NCBI RefSeq assembly: GCF_018350175.1
Contig: NC_058368.1
Location: 60,762,001 to 60,822,000 of the forward strand
DNA from: Felis catus
Taxonomy: Eukaryota
Length of the DNA stretch: 60,000 nt
Reading direction: 5' to 3'
Under the pieces are notes generated by a model. That model was not told where the DNA came from. It was given only the letters and a program-made list of their open reading frames with translations, and searched no databases. Position numbers and translations under genes: made by a program. Below are positions 23,760 through 36,957 of the stretch, piece after piece. The stretch's first letter is position 1. The number at the start of each line of letters is the position of its first letter.

Positions 23760-25580
23760 ATTATTTTTTAAAAATGTTTATAGAAACTTTAAAGCATATG
23801 CAGAAGTGAATGAATAGTATAAAGAGCTCTGATCTACCAAACAGCCAACTTCAACAGTTAATTAAGTTATCAGCAATCTGGTTTTATCTTTACGTCCTTG
23901 GATTACTTGGAAGCAAGTGCCCCAAATAATATAATTCATCTATAAATAATTCAGTACACATTTCTAAGTGATTAGGTTTTTTAAAAAACATAACCACAAA
24001 ATATACCATTATCACATCAAAACATTAACAATAATGCCTCAGTCCCACAATTATCCAGTCAGTATTCACATTTGCCCTATTCTTTCTTTTCTTCTTCTTT
24101 TTGTAAAGTTGTTTTGTTTGTATGAATATCCAAAAAGTCCACATATTGTACTGGATTGACCTATTTCTTTCCAAGTAGCATTTTAATCTATGGGACCCCT
24201 GCCTTTTATTTGTCTTGTGATTAAGTTTTGTTGTTGTTGTTGTTGTTGTTATTGTTGATGAAACCAAGTCATTTGTCTTGAATGTATCTATTAATTGGCA
24301 ACTTTGGAAGCTTCCTGGGTGAAATCTGAAAACTGGCCCCTTTCCATGGAGGGCAGGGAGAGATGGAAGGAAGAGAGAGATCCCACTCCAGATAGGTAGG
24401 TGGCAAGCTTAATAAGCAAGGAACCATACACAGGAGGCTTTTCTTGGGTGGCAGCCTAACAAGTGGATCTCCACAGCCTCCTGCCAAATTGTAGAAGTTC
24501 ATATGGAGGCTCTAACAGGGTTCAGTAGCATATGGCATCCAGATGGTCTCAAAAACAATTTACTTCTCAAGGCTATGTCCTTAGAGCAGCCCCCACTGTG
24601 GGAATGGTGGGCAGAACGTACATTCCAAGGACAGGGAAGAGGGAGGACGCCTATGATTGCTTGGGCCAGCTCTCAGGTCAGGTCAAGTGGCAGTTTGTCT
24701 TCTAGATGGCCTCCAAAACACACTCTGGATTTTGCATCCTTGATGCCATTTATTTTCTCCTTCTATTTTCTGTATTTCAAATAAACACATTGATTGGTTT
24801 GATCCAACTCATATTTTGTATTTTGGCCTCAAAGAGTCACAGGCAGTATTTTATATTTCCTGTTACAGAAATATTGTGTGGTCTTTTTTTAAATGTTCAT
24901 ATTGATTAATGAGTTCAAGTGGTGTTAGCCTAATTCTCTTTAGCCTCTCTCCTGATAATTTAGGCAGTCGTAGATAATCATTTTCTATGTCAATAATTTA
25001 ATGGATGGTTACAATATGTTGATACTCCAATTCTGTCATTCTGTTTTTCCTTTATTAGCTGGAATGTTTAATTAAAAAAATTACTTCATCAATTATTTAG
25101 TTGCAGTATATACAAGAATGTTAGGATGAAACCTCGAGCCTTGCTTTATTTTTTGGTTTTCAGAACACTTTGGTTATCCAGTATCCACCAAATGTGACAA
25201 ATGTGTTTTACATTAAGTAACATTATCAATTCATGAATTATCATATCTTATTAATTATTAATTTCAATAATTTGTTCCATTAGTTCCACTTGTTTGGCTC
25301 CTCAAATTGCCTCTTCTAACCATAGAAGGCTCTTCAAATTGGACCCTCAGTCCCTTTTACATGTTCTTGGTGCTTTTGATAGATTCCTTGATTTGGGGGG
25401 ATGTTTCAGACCAATTTTGTACATTTTTTGCAATATATCTGTATTTAGCTATTTCTTTGAGGACCCCCATTTATTTTAATGGGAAGTACTATCTAGGGGA
25501 CCACAGTGTTTGCCAAGGTGCTCACTGTCACTGGGTTGGTCATTGTTTCTAGGCTATTTAGCATGGCTAAAAATTATATG
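23760..25580 (-). mobile_element. Old L1MC/ME 3' region interrupted by an LTR
   Basis: aaacataaccacaaaatataccattatcaca...; ttggctcctcaaattg..tcttcaaattggaccct; ctatctagggga. Confidence 0.6.
24290..24721 (-). mobile_element. ERV-type solo LTR (family not assigned)
   Basis: A ~430-bp GC-richer block ending ...aaaaca that interrupts the L1 relic, with LTR-like composition. Confidence 0.55.
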
Positions 25581-25614
25581 TCTTGAAAATATATATGTAT
25601 TCAAAGGAGAAAAT

Positions 25615-25646
25615 GTGTGTATGCGCATGTGTGTGCATGTGTGTGC

Positions 25647-25683
<37 letters not shown>

Positions 25684-25686
25684 TGC
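25615..25686. repeat. (TG)n microsatellite
   Basis: Directly visible. Confidence 0.95.
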
Positions 25687-26349
25687 GTGGAAAATAATAG
25701 CTTCCATTGCCAAAGGTAAACTAATAAAATATCACCAATATAGATACTATAGGTGTTGAAACGCTATCATGTAGTGGTGGGATATTCTTTCTCCTTTTGA
25801 ACTAAGCACTCTTCCTAACTCCTTATAAGTTAATATTTTGAATCCTAAATCATCCATTTGTAAAATGAGAAAAGTTATATTTCTTTTCATGTTTATGACA
25901 GTGTTATGATGACACATTGAGAAAACTGTGGAAATATTCCAAAAATAAAAATGCTACAGTCAGCTTTCAATCATCAGTAGGCAGCTTGCTCTTTGGTATA
26001 TCTTAGCTTTCAAAATTGTTGACAAGGAACTGCTAAATGATTTATTTCATTGGCAAAACTTTCTGAAAATGAAAGGAGTGTACAATAGCCATAAGAGTAG
26101 TTAATGGCCAAGGAGAATGGTTATAACAATCAAGGAGGAAAGCAGTCATAAACATGTTGTTTGCCCAGGTGCAAAGGGAATAATTAAGGTAGCTATTGGA
26201 TTCCATTGCAAAAAGCAGGATACTATTTTGTGCATCAGACTGCAGCATAAGACTGGGGACCTATAAAGACCATTTTGAACAATGGAACCATCTGTAGAGA
26301 AGTGTTTGATGACATTTTTGAAGCATCTGTGATGAGATGGGTCACTCAC

Positions 26350-26432
26350 CCAGACTTCAACTATCTCACCCTCACTGAGGTTCAGTGGAGGAACTTTGAA
26401 GCAACCCAATGAAAAGCCACTATTGACATTTT
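26350..26432 (-). CDS. Putative internal coding exon (xNVNSGFSLGCFKVPPLNLSEGEIVEVW)
   Basis: Strong acceptor tttctcacgtcttatttttag and consensus donor TGG|gtgagt, 83 nt. Only one frame is open (phase 1 to phase 0), and it is compatible with 17934-18025. Confidence 0.5.
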
Positions 26433-26479
26433 CTAAAAATAAGACGTGAGAAAGGAAAGTTTCAACAAACTTCAATTCA

Positions 26480-27100
26480 TTTCAACTCAATAAACATCTT
26501 TGAAGGCTCACTAATGTGCACTGTCTATGCTGCTCTTTGCATCTCTCCTATCTATTAAATGTTCTTCTTGTTTCAGATCCCTGTCAGATCTATCCTTCAC
26601 GCTGCCGATACAATAATCTTTTTCAAACATACTTCTGATAGGGTCACTTCCCCACCTCAAATCCCCAGGATAAAATCCAATAACTTTAGCAAGATCCAAA
26701 ATGTTATTAACAATCCCTTTTCTCCCTCTGCTCGGATAGCTCTTAGTTATCCCCATACCCCTGACGTGCAAAGCTATTTATATGTCTTCCGGTATTCTGC
26801 TTGTCTGACTTCTATGTGCAATGCTCATGCTATATCCTCTTCCTGAAATGATCACTGTGTCTTCATAGCACTATATACTAATTTCCCTTTAGATAACTCA
26901 CATATTGTCTTTTACATAGAGCCTCTCCTGATTTTTCAAGCTGGCTTAAATATTTGAGGGTACTCTCTATTAGTATGTGAGCAATTATAATGTAGAAGGC
27001 TGGGTCCTATGTTTCCTTGTATAACCAACCCTTACTTCTGCAACGGTACCAGTAAACGTAATTCATTTAAATGAATGATTTACTTATTTAATGAATACTA
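26480..27100. mobile_element. L2 fragments
   Basis: tcatttcaactcaataaacat..., caggataaaatccaa, gctcatgctat..cctcttcctgaaatg, aaatgaatga. Confidence 0.6.
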
Positions 27101-28440
27101 AAATATGTCAAACTGTCACCCTTCCATCAGAGAAGTCCTTGGTATCTAAAAGATTCATACAGAATCTCTGTATAAAGGGAATTTTAAAGAGAACGTGCCT
27201 TAGTAGAAAGCTTTACAACTGTCTGAAAAGCAAACAATGAATGTGAAGCATGAAATAGATTACATGGCGATGTTTTATACTTGTCAGGAAGGAGATTGAT
27301 TAGCTCACTGTATCTTCAGAATGGAAGTTCATTATTTTATTGGTTTCTAGCATAAAGGAGATACCCAAATTTAAATCCAAATAATCAAGGATTCCATAGG
27401 CAAATACAAAGTGCATTTGCATTGAAAGGCATCAGTGCCTCATTGCCTCAGAAGGATGCCAAGACATTATCCAGGCTTTCCTGATGTCCATGCCATTGTA
27501 AAAGCAAAATTAGGTGACTCCAAAGTCAAATATCTGAAACATGCTCCAGTTTCTGAACTCTTAAGCCACTATGCATTTTACAATCACAGTAAAGCACCTT
27601 TATTAGATATTATTAGCTTTAAAATTAAAAACTTCATTACTGACCAGTATTTAATTTTTAGACTCAAAATTAATCAAAATTATTGTTATACTTTTTCCTT
27701 TTTACATACACAGTTAAAAACCTTTTCCTTTACACTGTTTTTCCAAATTGAATTATGTTTCAGATCTCCACATAAAAGCAGCTTTATAGTTCTTACAAGA
27801 GGCAGTCTGTTTGATGGCCATGTTAAAGAAATTGCATTTATCTTCCAGCAACACTGAGTAAGGTGATTACATTACAAACAAAATTAATGAGGGGAGAATG
27901 GAGCAACTAACTTTTTATATAAGAAAGTAAGGATCTGAAAGTAAACAAATAACAAGTGGGCAAAAATATCAGAAGAAAGATGACTTGGAAAAGGTAAAAG
28001 AAAACAGAAATGAATGAGACATAATGTTTAATACTGTTGACAAATACTACGTAGAGGGTATAGAAATGAAAGTGAAATTGACATAATAAGAAAATATTTT
28101 TTATATGTGAAGGCATACTGAAAAAATAGTGGTATGTCAAGGCTGATATTTTCAAACAATATCCAATATACTAAATGTTATTACTGGTAAAATAAGCTGT
28201 TGTGGAATCTCTGAAGAATTTTAATACATTCTAGATTAATAATCATCTGCCTGAAATCCAGTGATGCAAAGTCATTTGTAGGAAAAGGGCAAAACAAAGA
28301 TTTCTCACATAAATTCCTTACTATATAGATATAGGTAAGAAAAGAAATCAGCATAACAATAGTATGATATAACATGATATATTATTATTTGCTATAGTAC
28401 ATATAGCAAAAGTGATGGTTCAAACTTACAGAGGTACATA

Positions 28441-28519
28441 CTTATATCAAGTTATCTACATCACCAAGCATGGACCTTTATAAGTTACATGCTTGGTGAT
28501 ATAGATGCTTTGATATAAG
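28441..28519. other. 79-nt inverted repeat (32-bp arms, 15-nt loop)
   Basis: CTTATATCAAGTTATCTACATCACCAAGCATG versus the reverse complement of the right arm, CTTATATCAAAGCATCTATATCACCAAGCATG: 28/32 identical. Confidence 0.9.
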
Positions 28520-29044
28520 AATAAAGCCAACAAATACATTCTGAAGAGGATATCCTTTAATGTTAATGCCTTCGTCTTGTAAATAGTTATTAAAATTTGT
28601 GGGTTTTCTCCTTTGTAATCATGCTATACTTGTGATTTAATTATATCATGAAAATGGCCTGTAAAATTAATATTTTTCTTATCTGGGATATTGCTCCAAT
28701 GACCCTCTGCTCCCTTGACCTTGCAAAATTGTAAATTAAAAGTGACTTTCTCTCTTCCATCATTGACCTTTCCCTGTCTGTGAAGCACTCCTACAAAGCA
28801 TGTTGAAGAAGCAATTCTCTTCCCAAGATTTCTGTGGTTGCCTGTTGGTTACAAAGGCTGCTAATGCATCTTTACTCGCTTCCAATGAAGTTTAATAATA
28901 TCTCTAATAAGAAGCAATTCCTTCTAATAGGAGAGCATTTTACTCATTTTGCTCTACCACTGAATAATATTAAAAACCTTATTCATTTAAACTAGTAATT
29001 TCCCTTTCTTTAGTATATGCTGGAAAATTAATGAAAACTAGGTT

Positions 29045-29238
29045 TTTAAAAGTCTACTTATATTATTTTGAGAGACAGAGAGAGTGAGGCAGAGAGAGAG
29101 GGAGAAAGAATCGCAAGCAGGCTCCATGTGGTTAGCACAGAGCCCAGCACTAGGCTGGATTTCACAAAACTGAGAGATCATGACCTGAGTCAAAATTAAG
29201 AGTTCGTTGCTTAACTGATTGAGTCACCCATATGCCCC
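29045..29238 (-). mobile_element. Can-SINE
   Basis: Antisense body, with aaaactag on both flanks. Confidence 0.92.
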
Positions 29239-29959
29239 TAAAACTAGATTTAAAAAAACAAAAACGAGTCAATGCCATGTACTTTATTATAAATTTCCCA
29301 AATTAAATGCATAAAATATTGAGAATCTGAGGTATGCTTTAATATTATAAATTTCTCTTTGCAAAATCTACTTATTTTAAGCCAGGTTCTAAGGTTAAGC
29401 AGATGTACAAATTCATGAATCTTAAATGCTTAAGGTAAACTATGCAGTATAAACAGAAGTTAAGAAGCTTGCATTACATTGTTAAAGGAATATAAAACAC
29501 TAAAATATTTTTTCCATGTAGATATAAAATTTCTCTATTTTTTGAGATATGGATTCATTAGTGGTTGTATGATTACAATATTCTTTAATTTTTCTTAGTT
29601 TTTTTTTCCTGCATTGGAAATGATAGTAAGTTATAAATGGTGAATTTACCAAGGTTATCATAAGAAATTTGGTGTTTTGGTAATATTTATCACTTCCAGT
29701 GGAAGGGAACTTGAAGTTGACTTGTTCATAAGGTTATAAACTTGTATTTCCCCCCAAATCAGGTATTATAGAGGTATTATAACTGAGATTCATTATCTAC
29801 CCCATTTAAATAAAATAACCTAATATAAAATTAGAACATGTTCATGTATGATATCTAAGACATTTCTTCTATTCTTTGTTTATACTGGATTTATCATAGT
29901 ACCAGAGTTTTCATGTTTATATTATTAAAACTCTTTCCAATGCACGTTGACATCTCATA

Positions 29960-30120
29960 ATCCTCTTTCCAAGAATACTACAAACTTGAGTCAGCCCTGT
30001 CAGGACAGATTTTCTGACACATTCATTCACTGACATAATACCAGCACCTAGGGAAGCACCTAGCACATAATGAGGGCTCAATAAGTATTTGCAGGATGAA
30101 TAATAAGTTAACAAATAAAT
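29960..30120 (+). mobile_element. L2 3' end
   Basis: cacctagcacataatgagggctcaataagtatttg..gaatgaat. Confidence 0.65.
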
Positions 30121-30515
30121 ATCAATTTATAAGCAGGTTGATTTCCACATACAATTAAATTTTTAAAATTATTTTTCTATGACAAGCAGAATATATTATT
30201 ACTACCCTGAAAAAGTTTACCCTAGACTGTTGTTTGAATTCTAAAATCCTAAAATCCATAAGCATGCAAGCATATGAGACTCCAATTTTTGGTTAATAGT
30301 TATCAATATTTACTGGAGAACCCTTTACAAAGATTAAATCACATGGACCCAGGCTATGGAACATAACCAGTCAAGTTCTGGTGTCCAGCAGGTCTAAGGA
30401 TGCTTTTATCAGAAACTTAAAGCCAATAATAACTCCATCCTTATTGTACAGTAAGTAATCCTGCATCATACAGCAAGTGTTAGCCTCCTACTTCCTCCCA
30501 AAGACTGTTCTTATG

Positions 30516-31083
30516 TGTGATGTTTAATATTATGTGCCAACTCAACTAGGGTAAGAGATGCCCAGAGAACTGGTAAAATTTTATTTCTGAGTGTATCTGT
30601 GAGGGTGTTCCTGGAAGAGATTAGCATTGATTCAGTAGACTGAGTAAACAGATCCACCCTCACCAATATGGGTGGGCATCATCCAACCTGTTGGGGACTA
30701 AAAAGGAACAGAAATGTGGACTAAGGGTAAATTCCTTCTCTCTTCTTGAGCTGGGATGTCTACCTTCTGCTCAGGACATCAGAGCTTTTGGTTTCCTGGC
30801 ATTCAGACTCCAAGACTCACACCTGTAGCTTTCTGTTTTTCAGGTCTTTGACCTTGGACTGAGAGTTATACCATCAGTTCTCTGGTTTTCAGGCCTTTGG
30901 ACTCAGGCTGAATTGTATCATCAGCTTTCCCGGTTCTCCAGCTTCCAGACGGCAGGTTGTGGGACTTTTCAGCCTCCATAAGAAGGTGAGCCAATTACTA
31001 TAATAAATGTCTTTTATATCTTTCTCTCTCTATATATATATCCTATGAGTTCCTTTCCTATGGAAAACCCTGACAAATAAACA
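30516..31083 (+). mobile_element. MLT2B-like ERVL solo LTR
   Basis: tgtgatgtttaatattatgtgccaact...gtgtatctgtgagggtgttcctggaagagattagcatt...gtgagccaatt..aataaa...aaccctgac. Confidence 0.88.
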
Positions 31084-31349
31084 TGTTAGTTGAGGTATGT
31101 CCTCAATTCCGTACTCTTTCATCCCTCTTGAAATCTCTTCTCTCCACTCTCTGGAACCTTACATTCCATTGCAAATAAAATACTATGAATCTCTTCTTGA
31201 ATCATGTCCCCTTTACCTGATTGCATTTCAAGGACATTGCATCCCTGGGATGATTCATGTGAAATAATAATCAGTTTAGAAAGGTTTAAGCTAAGCTATG
31301 TGATGAAAGTAGGATTTGGCCACTATGAGGATCTTTTACTTTGCTATTG

Positions 31350-31555
31350 TTTTTTTAAATTTTTCTTTATTTATTTTGAGAGAGAAAGAGAAATGGAGAG
31401 AGCGAGAGAGAGCCGCGTGGACAAGTGGGTAGGGGCAGAGAGAGAATCTCAAGCAGGCTCTGCACTAACAGTGCTCAAACCTAGGTACCATGAGATCATG
31501 ACCTGAGCTGAAATCAAGAGTCAGAAACTTAACTGACTAAGCACCCAGAGGTCCC
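31350..31555 (-). mobile_element. Can-SINE
   Basis: Antisense body gagatcatgacctgagctgaaatcaagagt. Confidence 0.9.
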
Positions 31556-32529
31556 TCAGATCTTTTAATTTAATACTGAAGAGTAGCAACTTCATATTTG
31601 AGTTAGTGTGGGATTGAGAAAGATGAACCAAAGATACCTCAAAACATCCTTTCTCACTATTTATTGGGTCTTCGGGTTTAGATTGTATCAATTGGTTGTC
31701 TTGACTTATAATTCCTTTAGCCTGCTGCAGTCCTTAACCATTGCCTGGGAACTCCCTTTCCACCTTTACTGGATTATATCTGTATTACTCAGGGTCAGAT
31801 CAGGTTAAGAGAAATCACTCTAATTATTTCAGTGAGTGTGACATTAATACCAGTGATTGGACACACAAGTGATGGAAAAGCTGGAAGAGCAACCAGGGAG
31901 AAGTGAGACAACCAGCACTTAGCAATGTCTGAAAACCTCTGCCACTTACTTGTATTGATCAAACAATGTAAGGAAGTAGTTTTACCTATGCTCAGAAGTT
32001 GACGCATTCCAGAAACTGCTAGACTCTTAATGAGAGTGGGAAATAGGGAGATTCCTTGCAGAAAGTGTGATCACAGAGGAACTGTCTTTTGCAATTTGAA
32101 GCCAAAAGGAGACAGAGTTGCTGCTGGACCTACCACTTCAGAGAGAGCAAGAGAACAAGAGAGAAATACCCAGGCTTCTTGGTCCTCCTATCTTCCAAGA
32201 TTCTGCTGATAGTTTCCATCGGCTATACCTACCAGGAAGCCAATTTTCATGGAAGCCTGGAAATTGGAGAACCTACTATACAGAACAGAGAAGAACAGGA
32301 ACAGGGAAGAAATGAAAGCAAACAGGCAAATGGACAGCATAATAGGCTCCTAGATAACCAATGTTTTGTTTCTTCATTTTCCTACCAAGTCCTTTGTATG
32401 TATGTATGTATGTATGTATGTACGCATGTATTTCTCTTAATATACTATCATTTCAATATTGAACAGAAATGGCAATAACATTCATATTTTGCTTCTGATT
32501 TTAAACAGAATGATTAAAAATTTCTCCAT

Positions 32530-32808
32530 TAACATGCACTGTTGGTGGGAATGTAAATTGGTGCAGCCACTATGGCAAAAAGTATGGAGGTTACTCAAAC
32601 AATTAAAAATAAAAATACTCTATGATCCAATAATTTCACTACTGGGTATTTACCCAAAGAAAACAAAAATACTAAATTGAAAAGATATTTCACCCTTATG
32701 TTTATTACAGCATTATTTACAATAGCCAACAGTGGAAGCAACATAAGTGTGTATCAATAGATGAATAGATAAAGAAGATGTGGTGTGTGTGTGTGTGTAT
32801 ACATACAC

Positions 32809-32856
<48 letters not shown>

Positions 32857-33388
32857 GTATGTGTATGTATATGTATACATGTGTGTATATATATGTGTAT
32901 ATGTGTGTGTATATATGTGCGTGTGTGTTTGTATATAACTTAGCCTTAAAAAATAATGATATCTTGATATTTGTGACAACATGGATAGACCTGAAGAGTA
33001 TTATGCTAAATAAAGTAAATTATACTGAGAAAGAAAATGTCATATGATCTAACTTATATGTGGAATCTCAAAAGCAAATGAGCAAACAAACAAGAAGCAG
33101 AAACAGACACATAAATATAGGGAACAAACTGATGTTGTTTCAGAGGAGGGGGGTAGGGGATAGGCAAAATGGAAGATACAGGATTCCAGTTATGAAATGA
33201 ATAAGTTACAGGGGTAAAAGGCACAGCACAGGGAATATAGTCAGTGGTACTGTAATAGCATTGTATAGTGGCAGATGGTAGCTACACTCGTGGTGAGCAC
33301 AGCATAACCCATAGACTTGTTGAATTATTACACTGTACTCCTGAAACTAATGTTAGCCCTATGCATTAACTATATTTCACTTTTAAAA
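32530..33388 (+). mobile_element. Carnivore L1 3' fragment (ORF2 C-terminus plus 3' UTR) with internal (TG)n/(TATATG)n
   Basis: HCWWECKLVQPLW motif, and 3' UTR text ending ctgaaactaatg..aactata. Confidence 0.9.
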
Positions 33389-33684
33389 ATGTAATAATGG
33401 AGTGTGTTATAGAGTATTTTTGTGTGTCCATTATGAGTTTAAGTGATTTCCAGTTTGCTATTCTAGTTTCCTAATTTGCTAAGAATTTCTAGTTTGTAAG
33501 AAGAGTTATCATAAATGGTTACTAAATGCATATAGTTTTACAAGTTTTTTCTAACCTATCAATAAAAATTATTCTATAACTTTTAAAAAGTAAATGTGGC
33601 AAATATATTCATGTATTTTTATTGTTAAACTAATCTATATTTTTTCAGGCTAAATTCTATTTATTCATGTTATATCACTTCTGT

Positions 33685-33903
33685 TAAGTTTATTAATTTA
33701 TTTTAAGAAAGAAAGAGAGAGAACACACACCTGTGTGAGTGGGGGACGGGCAGAGAGAGAGAGGGAGGGAGAGAATCCCAAGCAGGCTCTGCTCTGTGAG
33801 CGTGGAGGCCCATGTGGGGCTTGAACTCACAAACCATGATATCATAACCTGAGATAAAATCAAGACTTGGACCCTTAACTGACTGAGCCACCCACGTGCC
33901 CCC
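33685..33903 (-). mobile_element. Can-SINE
   Basis: Antisense head, with catgttatatcactt duplicated on both flanks. Confidence 0.94.
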
Positions 33904-34199
33904 ATGTTATATCACTTTTTAAATGCTACTGAATTTAACACTAATTGCTAATATATTTAAATTTTTTTTTCATCTTTTTTCATTGGTCTGTATTTGCTTT
34001 TGTGTATTCTTTTCTGCTATAGTATTAAGTTTGATGAATGAACAGAATGAGTTTCAGAATATTACTCATTTCTATTGTCTAGTTTACTATAATATTGGAA
34101 TGCTCTACACACTGAGAATCTGGTAGAAATCTTCTGATGCTAGTGTTTTCTTTTTTATTACTGTTTCAATTACTTTAATAATTTTATGTCATTATGCAG

Positions 34200-34411
34200 G
34201 ATTTTTATTTGTTCTTATGTTTATTTATTTTTTGAGAGATAGAGTGCAAGCAGGGTAGGGGCAGAGAAAGAGGGAGACACAGAATCTGAAGCAGGCTCCA
34301 GGCTCTGAGCTGTTAGCACAGAGCCCCATGCATGGCTTGAACTCACGAACCGTGAGATCATGACCTGATCTGAAGTAGGACACTTAACCGACTGAGCCAC
34401 CCAGGCACCCC
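34200..34411 (-). mobile_element. Can-SINE
   Basis: Antisense felid SINE ending gccacccaggcacccc. Confidence 0.95.
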
Positions 34412-35472
34412 TATTCTTGGCTTAGCACTAGTAAGTTACATTTTTCTAGATATTGGTATATTTGTCTATGCTTTAAACTTATTTAAACAATGTTATTAAT
34501 AGTAAACCCTCATTTTCTTTCTAATAACTTTTATATCTGTCATTAATTCCACTGAATTCTTACCATTATCTAGTGTTTTCTAAATACAATTCTTAAGACA
34601 GAAATAATTCAGAAGAGAGATGTTGGTAGTAACACAAAGTAAAACGTGGCTGAACAAAGGTAGTATGGAGGTATTACACAAGTATATATATCCAAGATAG
34701 AGTTGTTATATTAAGAAATACTATTGCTGCTACTACTACTACTGGGCAATATTTGGTCAAATCTTTACCTGGTGTATATTTAAAAACAGACTACATGCTT
34801 ATTGAGACTTCAAAAACTAAAGAGTATGATAGGGAATGTTTAGAACACTCCATATGATGGTTCCTTTAGGCTGTTTTCAGCAAAGTTCTTCAAGAAAAAC
34901 ATGAATTCAGGATAAAGTTATTGAGGCTGCAAGCAAAAATGAAAGGAAATACTATTTTGATAGTGGGGATGTTCTCTGTCTATACCCTGCAATCAGAGTT
35001 CACTGAAAGTCCTGTAATTTTGAGCCTTGTACAGGGAAAAAAGCTGACTGCTCCTGGTCTGCAGCCTGAAATGGAGCTCTTAAAGCAGTTATTGCAGAGA
35101 ATTAATCTTAGAAGGAGAGAAATTGTATGCAATAGACTCTTTGAAGCTTCTTCCACTGATAATCTCTGCCATACAGTGAGATTAAGCTTACCATGATGAT
35201 TAAATTAAAATATTTTCTTCTTAATTATAGTTTTATATGGTTGCATAGTAACTGCCAATTTAAGGTGTGAGAAGATAAATGGAACATAATTATCAGTAAA
35301 TAAAACACAAGAATCTTTGTTCTTGAAAATTATATCTAGACAAGTTCTTGGTTGTAATTAGTCACACAAGGAATTGCCCAAAAGTAAACGAACAGGTAAC
35401 CTTATAGAATTTTGAGAGTGTTAACTACAAAAATTTTTAAAACCTGGGCTGTATGTCTATCTACACTCCCCA

Positions 35473-35475
<3 letters not shown>

Positions 35476-35517
<42 letters not shown>

Positions 35518-35822
35518 TATATATACAAGCCCTCAGAACAATCCCAGACCCCCAAAATTACACTAGTCTATGAAGTGTGAAGTGTTTTGTGAAACCCCTT
35601 CTTCCTCAATGTTCATCTCGAATGAGTCACAAAGATAATTAATAGTGAAGAAACATTTCATGAATGATGGAGAGATGCACACATAGAGGAGAACCAGAAA
35701 GTGAAGGCCTTATTCTATTACCAGGGTAAAAAAATGTTAGCTAGTCCTCATAAATGGGTTTTGATCATTGTTCTGAGCAAGTTCCTGGGGTGTGTTTTCT
35801 GTTCTCCTCTTTTCAGCCTGGG

Positions 35823-35865
<43 letters not shown>
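35476..35865. repeat. Two (TG)n microsatellites (35476-35514 and 35828-35865)
   Basis: Directly visible. Confidence 0.95.
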
Positions 35866-35866
<1 letters not shown>

Positions 35867-36734
35867 ATGATTTTCCTTTACACTATCTACCATTGTACAT
35901 TGGGTGTTATGGGGGCAGATACATTGTGTTATAGTTTATATGTTCCTTCTTCTCAGAAAAAACAACATCCAGATCAGATGGAAAAGACTACGCGATGAAC
36001 TCAGAGAGTTCATATTTTGAATCAAGATTTTATTTCTCAGACTTTGGGTTAAGACCAAGTATGAAGATTTTGACGCACAGGGGGACTGACACAGACATTA
36101 GTAGTTGCTAATCCAATATGCAGTCTCTCATCCTTCACAGAAATAGAATCACTCTGTTACTAGCATTGCCCTGTGCCTAGTCTTCCATGAAATGGAGAGA
36201 TGATCAAATATAAGTAGAGAAAATGAGTGCAGGCTTCTTGCAAAGTCCGTTAAAGGGAGTTGATTCAGTAGGAGAGGTGTACTTTTCCTTTTTACCTATT
36301 TCTGCCTGGAATTCAGAAGTCATGATTGGAAATCTTGTAATCATTTGATGCTCAGAGTCAAACTTGAGAGTATAAGCCATTCATTAAGAACAAAAGAGCA
36401 GAAAAGCAAGAGGAATACAATTCTGTGATTACTAAGGAGTTGCAATGGCATCCCAGCACTTTGTCCTCACAGATTTTTATTTGGTTTAAAATATAAAGTT
36501 AGAGGAGAAACTCATTTGTTCCAGTCAGAGTTTTGGAGGTCTTCTTATTTCACTGGTAAAACAAAAACCATTAAGAACTGATGTAATATTCTTATGGTTT
36601 TTTGTTTTACCAGTGAAATAAATTAACTCTTCAGCTGAGAGTGAGTAGGGCATTTGAAAGAATGGGGATTTGAAAAAGAGGAGATATGAAATAGATTTTT
36701 AGCAGAATGGTAAAATAAACATACTAAAAATTAC

Positions 36735-36745
36735 ATATATATATA

Positions 36746-36796
<51 letters not shown>
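36735..36796. repeat. (TA)n microsatellite
   Basis: Directly visible. Confidence 0.95.
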
Positions 36797-36799
<3 letters not shown>

Positions 36800-36957
36800 T
36801 ATACCTGTATTGTATCACATTGAAACATCCTGAGAGGTTATATCTTGCTGAATAATCACTACTATTGCTTTGGAGCAAACTTATTACCTGGCCTCTTAAG
36901 AGTTTGCTGCCCCTCATGAACCACCATTTCTCAGTCCAATTAATTTTACTTAGAGTA

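Noticed and set aside
27435..27857. 140-aa plus ORF
   Set aside because: AT-rich drift, non-ATG start, no domain or splice support.
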